DNA of 64,000 nucleotides from Octopus bimaculoides. Lineage: Eukaryota. Position 1 is the stretch's first letter; every line of letters starts with the position of its first letter. The notes below the pieces were generated by a model. That model saw only the letters and a program-made list of their open reading frames with translations, made no database searches and was not told where the DNA came from. Made by a program: the position numbers and the translations under genes. This document shows, in pieces, positions 1 to 13,757 of the stretch. Where the stretch lies: positions 159,173,821 to 159,237,820 of the forward strand of contig NC_068982.1 of the NCBI RefSeq assembly GCF_001194135.2. Direction: 5' to 3'.

Positions 1-1759
1 GAAAATAGATGGACGAATACTTTGGGCTTTCATAGTGGGACAATTTACAAACAACACACATGGCAAAATTAAACGACTATTTCGTAGTCACACTCAGAAT
101 TCCACTATCATTTTGCAGAAAATAAGATTTCCCAATAAAACTTCTCAGTCATACCAGCAGTCTAACATAGGTACGTACGGCACATAGCCGCTTACATTTC
201 CCCATACATATATATGCTCGCTTACGCAAAAGATAAGCAATTTCAAGCAGTATAACTCTATAAAAAGATTTAAAATATGTAGTAACTATTTGTTTTCTTC
301 AAATAATTCATGAAACAATGAATGCATCACAAGCGTCGGTTCAACTCTCGCTTCTTATCATTAGGTTATGCAGGTGCAAACATGTAGAATTATTTCAAAT
401 ACAGTTCCTTCAAAATTCTTTCATCGTTTATAGAATGAAAGTTAAGCTAACAGCTCTGTTGGATCCAATGTTCTACAGAGATACATGTGCATATCTGTGT
501 TAGAGTATGTATATTTATATATATGAGTGTGTGGGTGGGTGCGTGTACGTGCTTGCTCACATGTGTATATATGTGTGCATGGCTGTGTATGTGTGTATGT
601 ATGTGTGTCTTGTATATGTGTGTGTGTGTGGTTCTGCTTGTGAGTTTACACTTAGTGACAGAAATCAATGTATATAATATATAATACGATCGAAAGAATT
701 ATGTACGTATGTTTGTGTATATATGCATGAATGTATGTATGTGTATGAGTGTGTGTGCAAGTATGCATGTTGATGTTTATGTGTGTGTCATTTTCTACAC
801 AAATGTTAGTGCTTATAACATGTAAAATTTGCGATTTGTAAAAGAATCCATTATGTTGGTATCGATTATTGTACATAATTGATGTTAGATATATCTCGCG
901 AATATTTATTTAAAACGTTAACAGAGCAAAATATGCTGTCTTAATGATATAATATATATTGTACTTTTTGTCTTGTCATATAGGAATACAGTTTTCCTTC
1001 ACGTACCAGTGCAAATCCTTGTTAATTGAATTATAGTTTTCAATTCGTACAGATTTGAGAACTCTCATAATGTGAATGTTGCAGTGAAAATTATGCGACA
1101 TTTCATGAACTGAAATAATGGATTTTTCCTTCTTAATGATTATTCACGAATAATTTGTTTTATATTATTGAATGTTTTTTTTTTTTTTAATTAAAACAGG
1201 ATTTGAAAATTTTGCTTTGTTAATATTCTTTGGTGGAAGGCTATCGATATCATCACAAATTTTTTGACAAATTTACAAGAGGCTTTACTTCTATCCGTTT
1301 AATTAATTCAAAGATATGATCCTACGACATGCATAATACTTTATACATTAGCATTTGCAGATGTTTAAAAATGCTAAGGGATAATAATTACAGATGTTGT
1401 TAAGAAAATTTATTAAAATGTATCGAAAATGTTTCTGATGTCGTGGTAACCTTTAAGAAATGGTGAAGTTATAAATATCATCGTATCAAATGATTCTGGA
1501 TTGAGTGTAAATTCCATTAATATTTTTTTTAAATCGAAGAAAATGACTAAAAGTTCAGAAATTAATAATTAGAGAAGAAATTAAGATGGAAATGTTAAAA
1601 GGTGTATGTGAATATGAAAGATATACGAATATAACATATGCGAACAAAACATGAATTCTGATATGTCTAAATGGAGGAAGATTTTGTATACGAGATGAAA
1701 TTCTCTTTTTATCTATTCCACGATTCTTTTGTTGTTGTTCTACAACAGTGTCAAACGGT

Positions 1760-2990
1760 TTGTGAAGTCTGTTTTTCAACATAGTTACCCATGCGGTCAC
1801 GCACTTCTTTCATCGGTGATACAATGCTTGGGGAAGAAGCTTTTTATCCAGATGCTTAAAACAATCATCAACAGCAGCAATGACATCATCATCACTGCGA
1901 TATTGGTTACCTCCGAAGTGTTTTTCATGTTGGGAAACAGAGTATAGTCAGATAATCAGGAGAATAGTCAGCGTAATCAGCCTGTTCGAATCTACACGCA
2001 GCAGCCATTGAAACAAAGGACTTCTGTGCTGAAGCATTATCCCCATGAAACAAGACACCTTTCCTCAGTTTTTGTGTGGGCGTTTGATCATAATGGCCGA
2101 TCCTAACTGATTCAGCATGTTGTTATAGTTATTTCCATTAGCGGTGTGACCCTTTCATGATAGTCAACAGACACAATGCCTTGTGCATCCCAAAAAGCCG
2201 AGGTTGTCATCTTCCCTGCTGCTGAAACGACCTAGACCTTCTTTGGAGCAGGTGAGGATGGATGTTTCCACTGCATAGATTGTCTCTCTGTCAGTTGCTC
2301 AAAGTGATGAAACCAGTACGCATTCCGGGTTAGAAAGTATTCAAGGAAACCAACTGGATATGCTTCAAGCAATGTCAAATTTTCCCGTGATGAGATTAGA
2401 CTGGTGCAATTCTGATCAAAAGTCTGGAGGCACCCACCGAGCAGAAGCTTTTTTCATGCCAAGTTCATGGAATATGCTAATAGTATTAGCTATTTGATTT
2501 TTAGTCAATCGCCTATCATCCATTATCATATGGGGAAAACGATTAATATTTTCCTTGATGGTGGCTCTGGCAGGATGCCCAAATTTTGCTTCATGTTCAA
2601 GATTCTCCCTTTCCCTCTTAAATTCAGTTGCCCACATGTATTTTGTTCATAAAGCTGAAGCATTATCTCTTATTGTAACACTCATATCAGCATGAACGTC
2701 GTTGGAGTCTAAGCCCGTTTTCTGCAGGTACTTGAAAACACCACGATGTCATTTGTCCATTTTTAAGAGAAGTGGATAATAATTGTATCTATTGACTTCT
2801 TTGAACGATCGGATGTAAGTTTACCTGAAAGAAAAACAATACAGTTATCCAAACGAGAGTGGAAATTAATGCATGCATGATTTCATAGCTGTAGCGCATC
2901 CAGCTTATTAACTAGCATCACGCCAGCCTATGAACTAGCGCCTTGTCAGCCTATGAACTTTTCAGACCACCAGACCGCTAGACCGCCGTA
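1760..2990 (-). mobile_element. Decayed mariner (Tc1/mariner) transposon, transposase pseudogene
   Basis: Manual minus-strand translation from an ATG near 2759 gives MDK*HRGVFKYLQK..., WATEFKRERENLEHEAKFGHP, KKASARWVP, QSMQWKHPSSPAPKK, FWDAQGIV..DY, YSPD..SDY.LFPNMK and GGNQYRSDDDVIAAVDD...GNYVEK, broken by stops and frameshifts. A TIR-like GAACTTTTCAGACCACC lies near 2956-2972. The left TIR is not confidently seen. Confidence 0.93.
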
Positions 2991-2993
2991 TCA

Positions 2994-3027
<34 letters not shown>

Positions 3028-4620
3028 ATATGAATGCAGAGAAGCGATCGTTACCTGCACGTAAACCAACGCATTGGGGATAATAAATGCTGTGGGAAAA
3101 TAACAGCACTAATACGAGAGCGTATAGACTGAATGAAACGTTTAAACCTACTTTGCGCAATAAATTCCGTCCATAACCATAACCTTTATCATTTTTGTGA
3201 TAATACATGCAGATAACCTTGACTAGGTTTACGTGCTGTATTGACGCAGCTTTCCCCACATCTGCCACCTTTGATATTCCACAAGAAAGTTGAGTTAGAG
3301 ATTATGGATGTCTTTATGTTTCCCACCGCAATGAAACAAAAAAAAAATATAAGCAAAGCATGGACCATGAAATGGTAAATTCAGCTATAAAATGTTACTC
3401 GTTCGGATTCGGCAGATACTATATAGGACTATATGTGTGTGTATATATGTGTGTGTGTGATGTGTGTGCTTGTATGTATTTGTGTGTATGTGCGTGCGTG
3501 AGTGGGTGTCTCTGTGTGTGCCTATGTGTGTGTATGCGAATGTGCGTATGTCCTCTATGCGTATGTGTATATAATCTCATATCGAAAATATTATATTGAA
3601 AATCTGGGCGAGACTGTCTTCAAAGGTTAATTGATTTAGGAACGTTATTGTTTCAAAGTGAACATAAAGAAAGGATATGTGAAAAATCTTTAATAAAACA
3701 TCACAGTCTATCATGTTCCTATCTACAATATAGAATCTTTGAGAGAAAATCTGTTCCAATTTCATGCATATACACGTATATACAAAAATGCTAACGCGAA
3801 ATGTCTTATAGAATTTAGTTTACGCTTTCATCTTCATGTGTGTATATATATATGTGTGTGTGCATGCGTGTGTGAGTGTACCCATACGTACTTATGGTAT
3901 ATATATATATATATATATATNNNNNNNNNNNNNNNNNNNNNNNNNNNNNNNNNNNNNNNNNNNNNNNNNNNNNNNNNNNNNNNNNNNNNNNNNNNNNNNN
4001 NNNNNNNNNNNNNNNNNNNNNNNNNNNNNNNNNNNNNNNNNNNNNNNNNNNNNNNNNNNNNNNNNNNNNNNNNNNNNNNNNNNNNNNNNNNNNNNNNNNN
4101 NNNNNNNNNNNNNNNNNNNNNNNNNNNNNNNNATATATATATACATATCTACATACACAGATGAAGATAGTGAAACCGGGAAATAGGATCCTAATTTATT
4201 TTGTGTATACGCTTCTGTATAAACATATGCGTATATATGCATTGCAGGAGTTATACAGTCATCTGACAAATTTGTTAACATTGACTTATTTTCGTTTAAA
4301 TATTCCCCTAATTATCATTATAACCACGACAAATTATTTGCAGAAGATACTAGTACATGTCCATTCATATTTGCTTTCAGTTCTTTGCTGCCGAAAAGAC
4401 TCACACTCTTTCTCCAAAATTACGTCGAGCTTGGATGGTCCAGTTAAACACCATCACTCTTGCCTATAAAATATTTGCCGCGTGTTCTTAAAAGTTAACA
4501 TGTTGCATAGATATCATTATTTCATTGTCGAACATTCACAACTTTTCATACGTAAATGCTAAATAATTCCTCATCCGATTATGTTTCCAAGAGACCCAGC
4601 ATTTTATTGATTGAGCTTAC

Positions 4621-4791
4621 ATAATCAGGACGACTGGCCTTAGTTTCATGACCCTCAATTTTCGGGCAACTGTCAACAATAACAGAGATGCCTGAATCAA
4701 CAAAAGGGATACAATGGGATAATAATTCTGCACTACATATCTCACCGTACTGTTCAGTACACATCGCCTTGTAACGTTTCTGGAAATCCAT
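4621..4791 (-). CDS. Candidate first coding exon (57 aa, MDFQKRYKAMCTEQYGEICS...RPDY), product unknown
   Basis: Non-repetitive and less AT-rich than its flanks. ATG in cacaaaATGg context, 171 nt open frame, then a phase-0 donor TAT|GTAAGC. No downstream exon could be verified. Confidence 0.4.
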
Positions 4792-4914
4792 TTTGTGGCC
4801 GTTTCAACTAGTCCAATATCAGTTGAATTATATTTAGCGCAAAATTGCTATTTATATTTGTATTATGACAATAGTTTTAAACTCATCTGCAGTCAAGCTG
4901 TTTTAGCCTAACTA

Positions 4915-5030
4915 AAATGACGTTGCATAGAAGTAGTGCTATCTCGCATGCAGTCACGTAATGAATACTCATATCATGTGGAAGCCGATAGCATATAAGG
5001 TGACGTTTCCTGTGAAGCAATTGGCTGAAA
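4915..5030 (-). promoter_or_regulatory. Promoter-like motif cluster upstream of the 4791 ATG
   Basis: TGACGT at 4918-4923 and 5001-5006, TCACGT near 4954, TTTCCTG near 5006, ATTGG (CCAAT on minus) at 5020-5024. These short motifs could occur by chance. Confidence 0.25.
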
Positions 5031-6206
5031 CCCTACCAAAGGCACTGATTCTCGTGATGTGTCACACACCAAAAGTAACCCAACCGATCGTTTATCACCT
5101 ACAAAATTAAACGTAATTATTAAAATATACCATATGTAAGAAACCCAAAACAAATGAATAGTTAGAACATTTTAAAAGACTAAAATCAAAACAAATATTG
5201 CCATCGAATTGAAGTCAAAAAGAAGTAACCCGCGCAATCTATTATAGCCAACTAATGTAATACACATATTTTATTGCAGGGATGAAAAATGCAAATTTCA
5301 TAATATAAAATGTTATATAGGCCACACATGTACGCCTTCTCTTTGAACAGTTAATTATTTACATAAAACCATTTTTGCATATTTTAATACAGTACCAGAA
5401 TCAATACTAGAGAGAAAATTTAGTTGATAAGCTTTACATACAATGTCAGAATCAAAACTAGAGAGAAAATACTTAATAAGCCTGTACACAAACTTACGTA
5501 TATATAATTCACCTCACAAATATCAGTAATATAACTAGAGAAAGAACTGTTGTAAAAACAACACAAAAATCAAAACAGAAATACGGTACACGTGAAATTA
5601 TCTCTGAGAGTAAAAATAAGTTCTCTGCTAAATAATTTTATATTCCGCAATGAATATGCTGTGATTTTGAACGTTATTTCTCTAGTGCGAAATGCAGCAG
5701 TTACACAAGGCCATTATAATTTCATTCAGATTGCAAGGTTAAGGAGTTCTAACGTAAATGGACTTGTGAACTCTTCGAAATTATGCAAAAGCTGTAAATG
5801 AGCAAATTAAAAATTTTCATTCAGAATCCAAGTTAGAACTCCACGTACACCATTCATACACATTCGTACACATAAACACTAACACGCCCATACATGCAGA
5901 AATAAGTATATGCATATGTGTATATATACGCATATATTTATACACATACATACATGCATACATATATATATATANNNNNNNNNNNNNNNNNNNNNNNNNN
6001 NNNNNNNNNNNNNNNNNNNNNNNNNNNNNNNNNNNNNNNNNNNNNNNNNNNNNNNNNNNNNNNNNNNNNNNNNNNNNNNNNNNNNNNNNNNNNNNNNNNN
6101 NNAGATACATATATGCACACACACACACATATATACGTGTATACACATATATAAATAAACGTATATATATATATGTATGTATGTATTTATATATATATAT
6201 GTATAC

Positions 6207-6239
<33 letters not shown>

Positions 6240-6919
6240 CATATATATATACATATATATATTTACACACATATACACAGACACACTGTTATATACTCAT
6301 ACCTGCATACATGTTTTACACATATTTTTATATTCACTAAAGTTGAGATAAGAGAACGAATTAGAGAAGCACGCGCACTGATATAGACACCTACTCACGT
6401 AAGCTGAACACAGCGGATATTCATGTCATCAGCTCATGTTCTTTCATTTGTCTTATTGATTTTTCTTTTACCTCGAAATATTCTCTCTTAAAATTCTGTG
6501 TATTATTATGTTTACAGTTGTGTTTGAATACTGCATTCTCTTGTTTAATGATCAGAAATATATACATTCACACTAAGATGTCAGGTTTCTGGAAACGTTT
6601 ACTTGCCAACAAGTCATGTATTTGTTCGCACGCAAGCAAGCAGTAGAAGCCATTTATAAGCATGTGTACACGCATAACTTTTGTTCACATACTTACAGAC
6701 ACATACGTACATATATGCGATTTAATATATAAATGAGTGTGTATGACTAATATATATATACATATATACATACACTTTTAACTATACAGATATGAGTGCG
6801 CGCGCGCATGTGTGTGCATGCGTGCATGCGTAAGTATGTGTTTGGTGTTTGTGTATTGAATGTATTATTATTAAAGTGGAAATTTGCATTAGTTGTGAAA
6901 GTAGATGAATGTAGACCCT

Positions 6920-7440
6920 TATCAGGCGCTACCTCGTCAAGGTAAGAGAACTTCTATCCGTGGTTGGAGCCATCTATGCATGACGCAAACGTGACGAATT
7001 GGTCTTTCCACAATGGGTCATCTAAAATGGCCGAAATTCGTTAAGTCGAAGAAACCGAATGAATACCTCCTCCTCTCCTTCGGCCCGAGGCCTGGGTACG
7101 AATTCCCTGGTTAGGTCGTAAAAGTAGAGTCTACAATGTCATTACATCATCCCGTAGTACTAAAGAATTACACATGGGAATAGCTACGTTCGGAGCTTCA
7201 ACTGCGTATCAACCACCACCACCCCACACACACACACGGTGCTTGGAACCGCATTAGCTGCTGTTTATCCTTTAGACTCTCCGAAATCTCGGCTACGAGC
7301 TGGTTCAATACAAAACTACTGCGCAGTAATGATCCGCTTGATCAACTGGTGCACCAACTAGACTCCTACATCCCCTAGACTAATAACCCAAGCCACAACA
7401 GTCGGATGTACCGTTGGCTTCTGAATAGATTCGTCCTTGG
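6920..7440 (+). mobile_element. GC-richer unclassified repeat, possibly the degenerate 5' end of an RTE-like LINE
   Basis: Composition differs from the flanks. Weak frameshifted resemblance to the APE N-terminus (G..(N/Y)VRSFN, LGYELVQYK versus consensus GTWNVRTL, ARELxRY). Confidence 0.3.
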
Positions 7441-7445
7441 ATACG

Positions 7446-7925
7446 TGTAACGACCGACTGAAACACATTCCAGATATCTACTCGTGCGCGTTGCTGTTAA
7501 ATATATGCGGTAGGATTACCAACATGAAAGCAAAAGAAAGATGTGTATCGCCTTTGTAAATAGATAGCATAGAACTGATATGTTAGTGTGCAACAATGTG
7601 TGTGGAGGATGTATATATTAATCAGTTGTGAATACTCCTTGTATCTTGTTTCTATCCACTCTACCGTTTGTTATCGTTTCGTCTAATTTTCTGTATATTG
7701 CATTTTTATTTCTTCTCCTCTTGTGTTTACGTCTAATTTTTCTCCTTATTGTGTTCTTTCTATTCAACACTTGATCTATCTATGTAGCTCACCGCCCAAT
7801 CCATTCTGTACTTAATCATCTATAAATGTATATGTTGCTGTCATATTTCAAGCTAATGTTAATTTAAAAACACCAATAACGGAGATTTCGACACTTCACT
7901 AACGCTTGTCATGTTCCTTATAACA
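7446..7925. mobile_element. Possible solo LTR
   Basis: 480 bp beginning TGTAAC and ending TAACA, flanked by atacg/ataag (5 bp, 1 mismatch), with TATAAAT near 7823. Confidence 0.25.
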
Positions 7926-9057
7926 ATAAGAAGTAACTTGAAAGATTTCTTGGTGGTATCTCTAGTCAGTCAATTCACGTCATAGAGGCTCCCTCTTTCG
8001 TGAGTTCATGCTTCTGAGTGATAGACATATATACGATATTGAATTTTTCTCATGAGAGGAGATAATATTCGCGTAAGCGTATTTTCTATCTCTCGCTGTG
8101 CGTGTGTTGCTTGGAGATATGTTTGGACCGACTCATGTTTGCATTCAGCATTCAGCATTCCAAAGATTCCCCACTGTTTTTGAATTCCATCATATGTAGA
8201 AATGATGGCTGTAATAATTGCTTCGTATCTTTTAGCACACATGACGAGCTCTTTAGATGCAATACCGCAACATGAATAAATCATATCTCATCATGTTACA
8301 TAGCAAACATTTTACTCAATTTAATCTGATTTGAAGAGGGTAGCTACACTTTCACAAGTGGATAAATAGATTCTTATAGATACTTCAGCTAAATCCTACC
8401 TTTGACTATTGAAATATACTGTTTGCGTTGATATCTTCTTTCGCACAAAAAGTATACATGTTGCCGTATTATTTTATGGTTAGATGGTTCCCGTAAGAGG
8501 ATATGCAATTACTGTGAAAAGATAAACATAGGTTATTGTCTGCGAATGATTTATAAAAAAAAAAAATGCATAAGTGTGAGCATATGGTTTTTATACATTA
8601 ATACATTTGTATCTACAATTACAGCTTTTCCACATCATCATATGAATGTTATTTTGGGAACGCAATATAAAATTCAAAGACACATTCATTGCAATTTAAA
8701 TGTAATATGAAAATGTGTATGTGAGAGAGAGTATGTGTGTGTGTCTGTGTGTGTACTTTATTAGTGTATTATCGCTATCATTGGTTTCATGTTAAGGTAC
8801 ATTCCTAACATGAGACCAATGATAGGCTTAATACATAAATAAAGAATATTTATCCACCCACGCAGTGTTTAGCATTCATTCTCATTGGTCGACATTTACG
8901 TACGCATATATTGCCATCAGTATATATCTTTATATATGTATAATGATATATTCATATGATCATAGTGGTTTAATTGAGTTTCGTTTTCAATCTATTTTGC
9001 ACCTTAAGTATTTCAATAAAATTTTGGACAACAGAGTATAGGGCTACGTGACGTTCA

Positions 9058-9278
9058 CGCAGCGATGATTTGCCAGAAGTGTTAGCACACGTGGCAAAAT
9101 TTTTAGTTGCATTGTATGTGTCTTCAACTTCTCAGTTCAAATTCTATCAAGGTCGACTTTGACTTCCCTCCTTTCTGAGGCAATAAAATAAGTACCAGTT
9201 GAACACTGGGGATGATGTAGTTGAGTTACCCCCAATCCCCGAAATCACTGACTTAGTGCCAACATTTGTAACCAATTA
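9058..9278 (+). mobile_element. tRNA-derived SINE, family A (degenerate)
   Basis: Shares head (gttagcac), B-box-like ttcaaattc, ggtcgacttt core and agtaccagtt with the copies at 13758 and 44877. Confidence 0.75.
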
Positions 9279-10104
9279 CCGATGTATAAGTAGTATCTCT
9301 GTTAACAATTACGGTGCATATTTTGTTCCTGATGGAATCTAACCAATGGATTTAAAGGAATTCGTCTGACACTACAATTCTCAGTCCATAAAGATATTTT
9401 ACTAGCGAGTTCATGTTCATGCTATTCTCTCTTCCTGGAGAGAAAGCGATGCGTTCACCCGAAATATATTCAATTTGCATTGCGATTTTTTTAGATACAT
9501 GCGTAAGTAAATCACTGTGTGCCCAACTCTTTAGTAGTAATTATATATGAATCGAATTTACTGATGAAAGATATTAGAGGATACAAATCGTGTAATCAAT
9601 TATTAGTTAAAATTTTATGCATGCTGAGTTTTACAGTAGTATGTCTTTTTGATATTTAACGATAATATGCATCTCTGATGTATTCCAGAAGTTGGATTGA
9701 ACATTTGGCCGGCTGAAAGTGCGTTCTGTGTTCATCAAAATATTAGGTCTAAGTCGAAAACAATAAGTCTCGGAGTTAGATATAATATAGAGGAACCTCA
9801 GGAAAATATCTTCTACAATAAAATTGTACTGATGATGAACTGAAATACAAGAAGACAACGAGGAACCTCGTACCATACTTGCATGCATAAAGATATTTTA
9901 TTCAATTTGCAATGTGATCGACTGCCCCCTACCCACTAAATCCAGGCCTTGTGCCTATAATAAAAGGGATTATTATTATTTGTGTTATTGTCGTCGTTGT
10001 CGTTGTTGTTGTTGTTGTTGCTGCTGCTGCTGCCACTGCACTCGGTGGTGCATTGAAAACCGATAGCAGACAATATCAACAATACAACTTAAGATAGAAC
10101 AAAG

Positions 10105-10818
10105 ATTATATGTGGACAATTGCATTAGTACTTGCAGCTCGCCACTAAACATCACATTTACACCAAATGTACATTGGACAAGCTAAAAAATAAACAAAAG
10201 CCTAGAACATTTTAAGAAGGAAATAACCTGCTAAAACACATTTCACTAATATATTCTGTAAAAATATACGGAGAAGAAAAGAGATCCGAAACAGGAATAT
10301 CTCAATAAGCAAAATATCAATTTTCTGAAACTTCTTTGGAAGCTATTACAAATGCGAATAGCAGAGTCCCAACATTGTAAACTTACAAATCAGGGGATGA
10401 TGTTTCCAAAATGATCTATAATAACACTGCAGAAATGTTTATATAGTGAAAAAAAGAAACAGTGTCTTTCTTTTAATACATACACTCATATCAACGCCAC
10501 AAAAAAATTCTGTCAAGTGCAACTTCGAAATTTCTGTCAAGTGGAATTGCAATAAGCCCGATATGTTTATTTTAAAAAGAATATTTATCTACTAACTAAC
10601 TCGTACGTCGATCTCCATATCCGAATACTTCTGTCAAATATTATATGTGGACATTTACTTTAACACTTGCAGCTCTCCCTTAGATATCACATTTACACCA
10701 AATGTACATTAGACAGGCTCAAAAAATAACAAAAATCTAGAATTTTTACGACGGAAATAACCTGCTAAAACACATTTCACTAATATAATCTATAAATGTA
10801 TGCGGAGGAGTAAAGAAA
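10105..10818 (+). repeat. Diverged direct repeat of about 178 bp (10105-10283 and 10640-10818)
   Basis: Both copies share attatatgtggaca...cttgcagctc...atcacatttacaccaaatgtacatt...ggaaataacctgctaaaacacatttcactaatata. Confidence 0.9.
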
Positions 10819-11396
10819 TTCAAGACTTTTCTAAAGTTGAACATGAAACATGAATTCTTTTTGTTTATAAATTCCAGTTTGATAGGTATCTGATTTTTCT
10901 CGAAGGGAACATTTAGACATTAAGAAAACAAAGTAAGCATAAATAAATACACGTCATTATGAGATTTTTGTTTTTTGTGTACCAGCGTTATTCAGTTTAA
11001 GAACACTAATTATTCACATATATTTGTCAAGTGTAAAAATATCAGGCTGTATTCAGATTTTCTTACTCTCTCATCCACCTATTTACGTCTCTCATTTGCT
11101 TCAAGCAAATGCTTCAGTATATATGCTCTCATCGACTATGTATATTTGTATAAAGTCGTGTGTATGTAATAATTCGTTTAGATTCACAAACGAGAAAGTT
11201 TCAATTCTATGATTATTTTTACTTAATTAAATTTTCTTTTCAACTATCTGCTGTTTTCATGTCTCATATAATGAATTTTCTATATTGGATTCAATTTAAT
11301 CATCTGCCATTTTAACTCTGTCTTTTGCAACTTATATTAAAGTCTGGCTATAGCAGCAATACATTCTGTGTATTTTCATTATGTAATGTTAACAAA

Positions 11397-11446
<50 letters not shown>

Positions 11447-11480
11447 AACACACAAACACACACACATTCAGTGACACGGT

Positions 11481-11511
<31 letters not shown>

Positions 11512-12850
11512 ACGAGCACGCACACCCACACACACACACACACATACAGAGAAACTTTCATACACATACATATGTTGGCATGTGTCTGTGCGTGTGAGTG
11601 TGTATGCATGAAGGTATATAAAGACAATACACGTAATCTTATTGCACCGATGTGCTCTTCGAGGAAATATACTTAGATGTAGTATGCCAGTTTTGATATT
11701 TAAACTAGATAATCGATGATAGTGGAAGAGATGGTTATAATTCAATGACACACGTTTAGACTATTTGCGTGTTAAGAAGACAGAAGTGATTTAAAATCAG
11801 ACAACCATGCAGGTGGGAAGGCTGTATGATGCATATGATAGCAGAGTATTATTGCATGTTATGTACAAAAGATAGCTGTATTCAGATGATGAAACTGCAG
11901 CACTTGATTTGTGATTAATCAAATGAATGACCTGTGGTGTATCCGAAGTAAAATCTCGATTTTGCGTTAGATCTCATAAGTTATGAATAAAGGAAAACGC
12001 AAAATTGGCGATCAATGCATTACAATCTAGTTCATTTGGTTAGTACAGATGTCTTGTTGAGATTATATTGCAAGAAACATTCTTCATGAAGTGAATTGTA
12101 AACTATGGCATGGTGACTGGGATACTGGCAACAATAGCAGACAAAGACAATTCTATAGAAAAAATTCGTTACTTATATCTAGCGGCAGATTAGGTCATAT
12201 TCAGCAGGTCTATTATCAAAAACGGTTCAACCGTGACCATCTCCAATTAATTATATGTTATCGTTTACAAAGTTGGTAGAATACATTTTACAAAAATCTT
12301 GGCTGCTATTTTTAATGGGTCGATTGTTCCGAAATACAAAGTAGGAAACAACAATGCTGGGTAAGTATCTGAGAAAACATAAAGGAAGGCTAATGATGAG
12401 AATAAAGATCCTTATCGTTATTAAGTACATCATTCGTACATCACATTATAGTTGTATCAAGAGAATAAATACACTAAAACATCGATATCGATTCGAGCGT
12501 CTGAACACATTCCATTCTTTTATCTTTTGTTTATCAATGGTTTTAGACATAGGCAGTGAACATACTGGAGTTCTATATTCAAGAATTTTAGCTGATTATA
12601 TAAACTACTCTACTTGGACTGCTATTTATTTCTCAAACTTCATGAGATAATAAATGCAGAATGAAAACCGTTGAGAAGTATATATATATAAAGAGAGAGA
12701 CAGAGAGAGAAAGAGAGAGAGGGAATAGATATAGATACCTACTTATATTTACGCATACACGTATGCAATGTGTGTGTATGTATGTGTATGTATANNNNNN
12801 NNNNNNNNNNNNNNNNNNNNNNNNNNNATATATATATATATATATACATA

Positions 12851-13400
12851 CTTTATATCTCTTTTGCAGACGTCATTAAACCGAAGAGATCGACCTCGTT
12901 CTATTGTGCTGGTGGCCAACTTCCCATAAGGGAAGTCGTTTGGGATCATCCCATCTGGCATGCGATGTACATGACCAAGCCACCGCAGACAGCGCTACTG
13001 CAGCAGGATTAATATACTAGGTTTCTTTGCACGCTTGATAACATCGGTGTTTCTGATGCATTTGATACATTTGGTATCCAAGTTGCGTGTCAAATTACGA
13101 AGCAGACTGGCTCCTGTCTGAAGCAGAAGCTTCATGACTCAGTGCCGTAAAGTTGTGTAAAGTGGACGCACTCCTAATTGGCAGCAATCTTGTTTGCAAC
13201 CAGTTTTTGTTTCTTTCTTACTCTCTTTGTGAGACAGGCAGATGTGGGGCATGCTCATTCAACTAGCCAAATAATTTCAGAGTACAGAGAAAGGTCATCA
13301 GGGATAGTACATACGAAGTAGCTGAATACATAGACTACCCCAGCTTGTAGTTATTGATGGTAATGTCTCAACAAGACATCTGTACTCACCAAATGGTAAT
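12851..13400 (-). mobile_element. RTE-clade LINE fragment (post-RT C-terminal region), decayed
   Basis: Minus-strand translation gives ITINNYKLGVV..FSY, LTKRV, LYGTES*, LRWLGHVHRMPDGMIP..FPYGKL, GRSLRFNDVCKRDIK, matching RTE motifs (LLYGSESW, LRWLGHVxRM, GRPxLRFKD). Confidence 0.92.
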
Positions 13401-13599
13401 GTTGAGGACCAAATATTCCGAGGCGGAATATGCGAGCAGAAGGGAAAGAGGAACTTGCCACCGAAGTTTGAGTGTCTTGTGTAACAATTTACAACTCTAT
13501 TGACGTCCCAGATATGAAATAATGCATACTGACTTTTACACGAGGTTATTTGTTTGTATCGCAAGGCCTTAGCATAAATATATATATATATATATATAT

Positions 13600-13639
<40 letters not shown>

Positions 13640-13658
13640 NNNNNNNNNNCACAAACAT

Positions 13659-13697
<39 letters not shown>

Positions 13698-13757
13698 GAA
13701 GGAAAATGAACACACTTTACATAGTTTTAATATATTGTTTTACATGTTATATTGTAA

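Noticed and set aside
1052-1113. VAVKIM kinase subdomain II-like peptide after an acceptor-like site
   Set aside because: The frame stops six codons later with no donor and no Gly-rich loop.
3052-3268. Minus-strand ORF (MADVGKAA...) with a CAG|GTAAC donor as exon 2 of the 4791 candidate
   Set aside because: Several acceptors and frames are equally possible and none gives a recognisable protein.
9829-9850. CTGATGA...GAAA hammerhead-like core
   Set aside because: The six intervening bases cannot form stem II and the flanks do not give stems I/III with a UH cleavage site.
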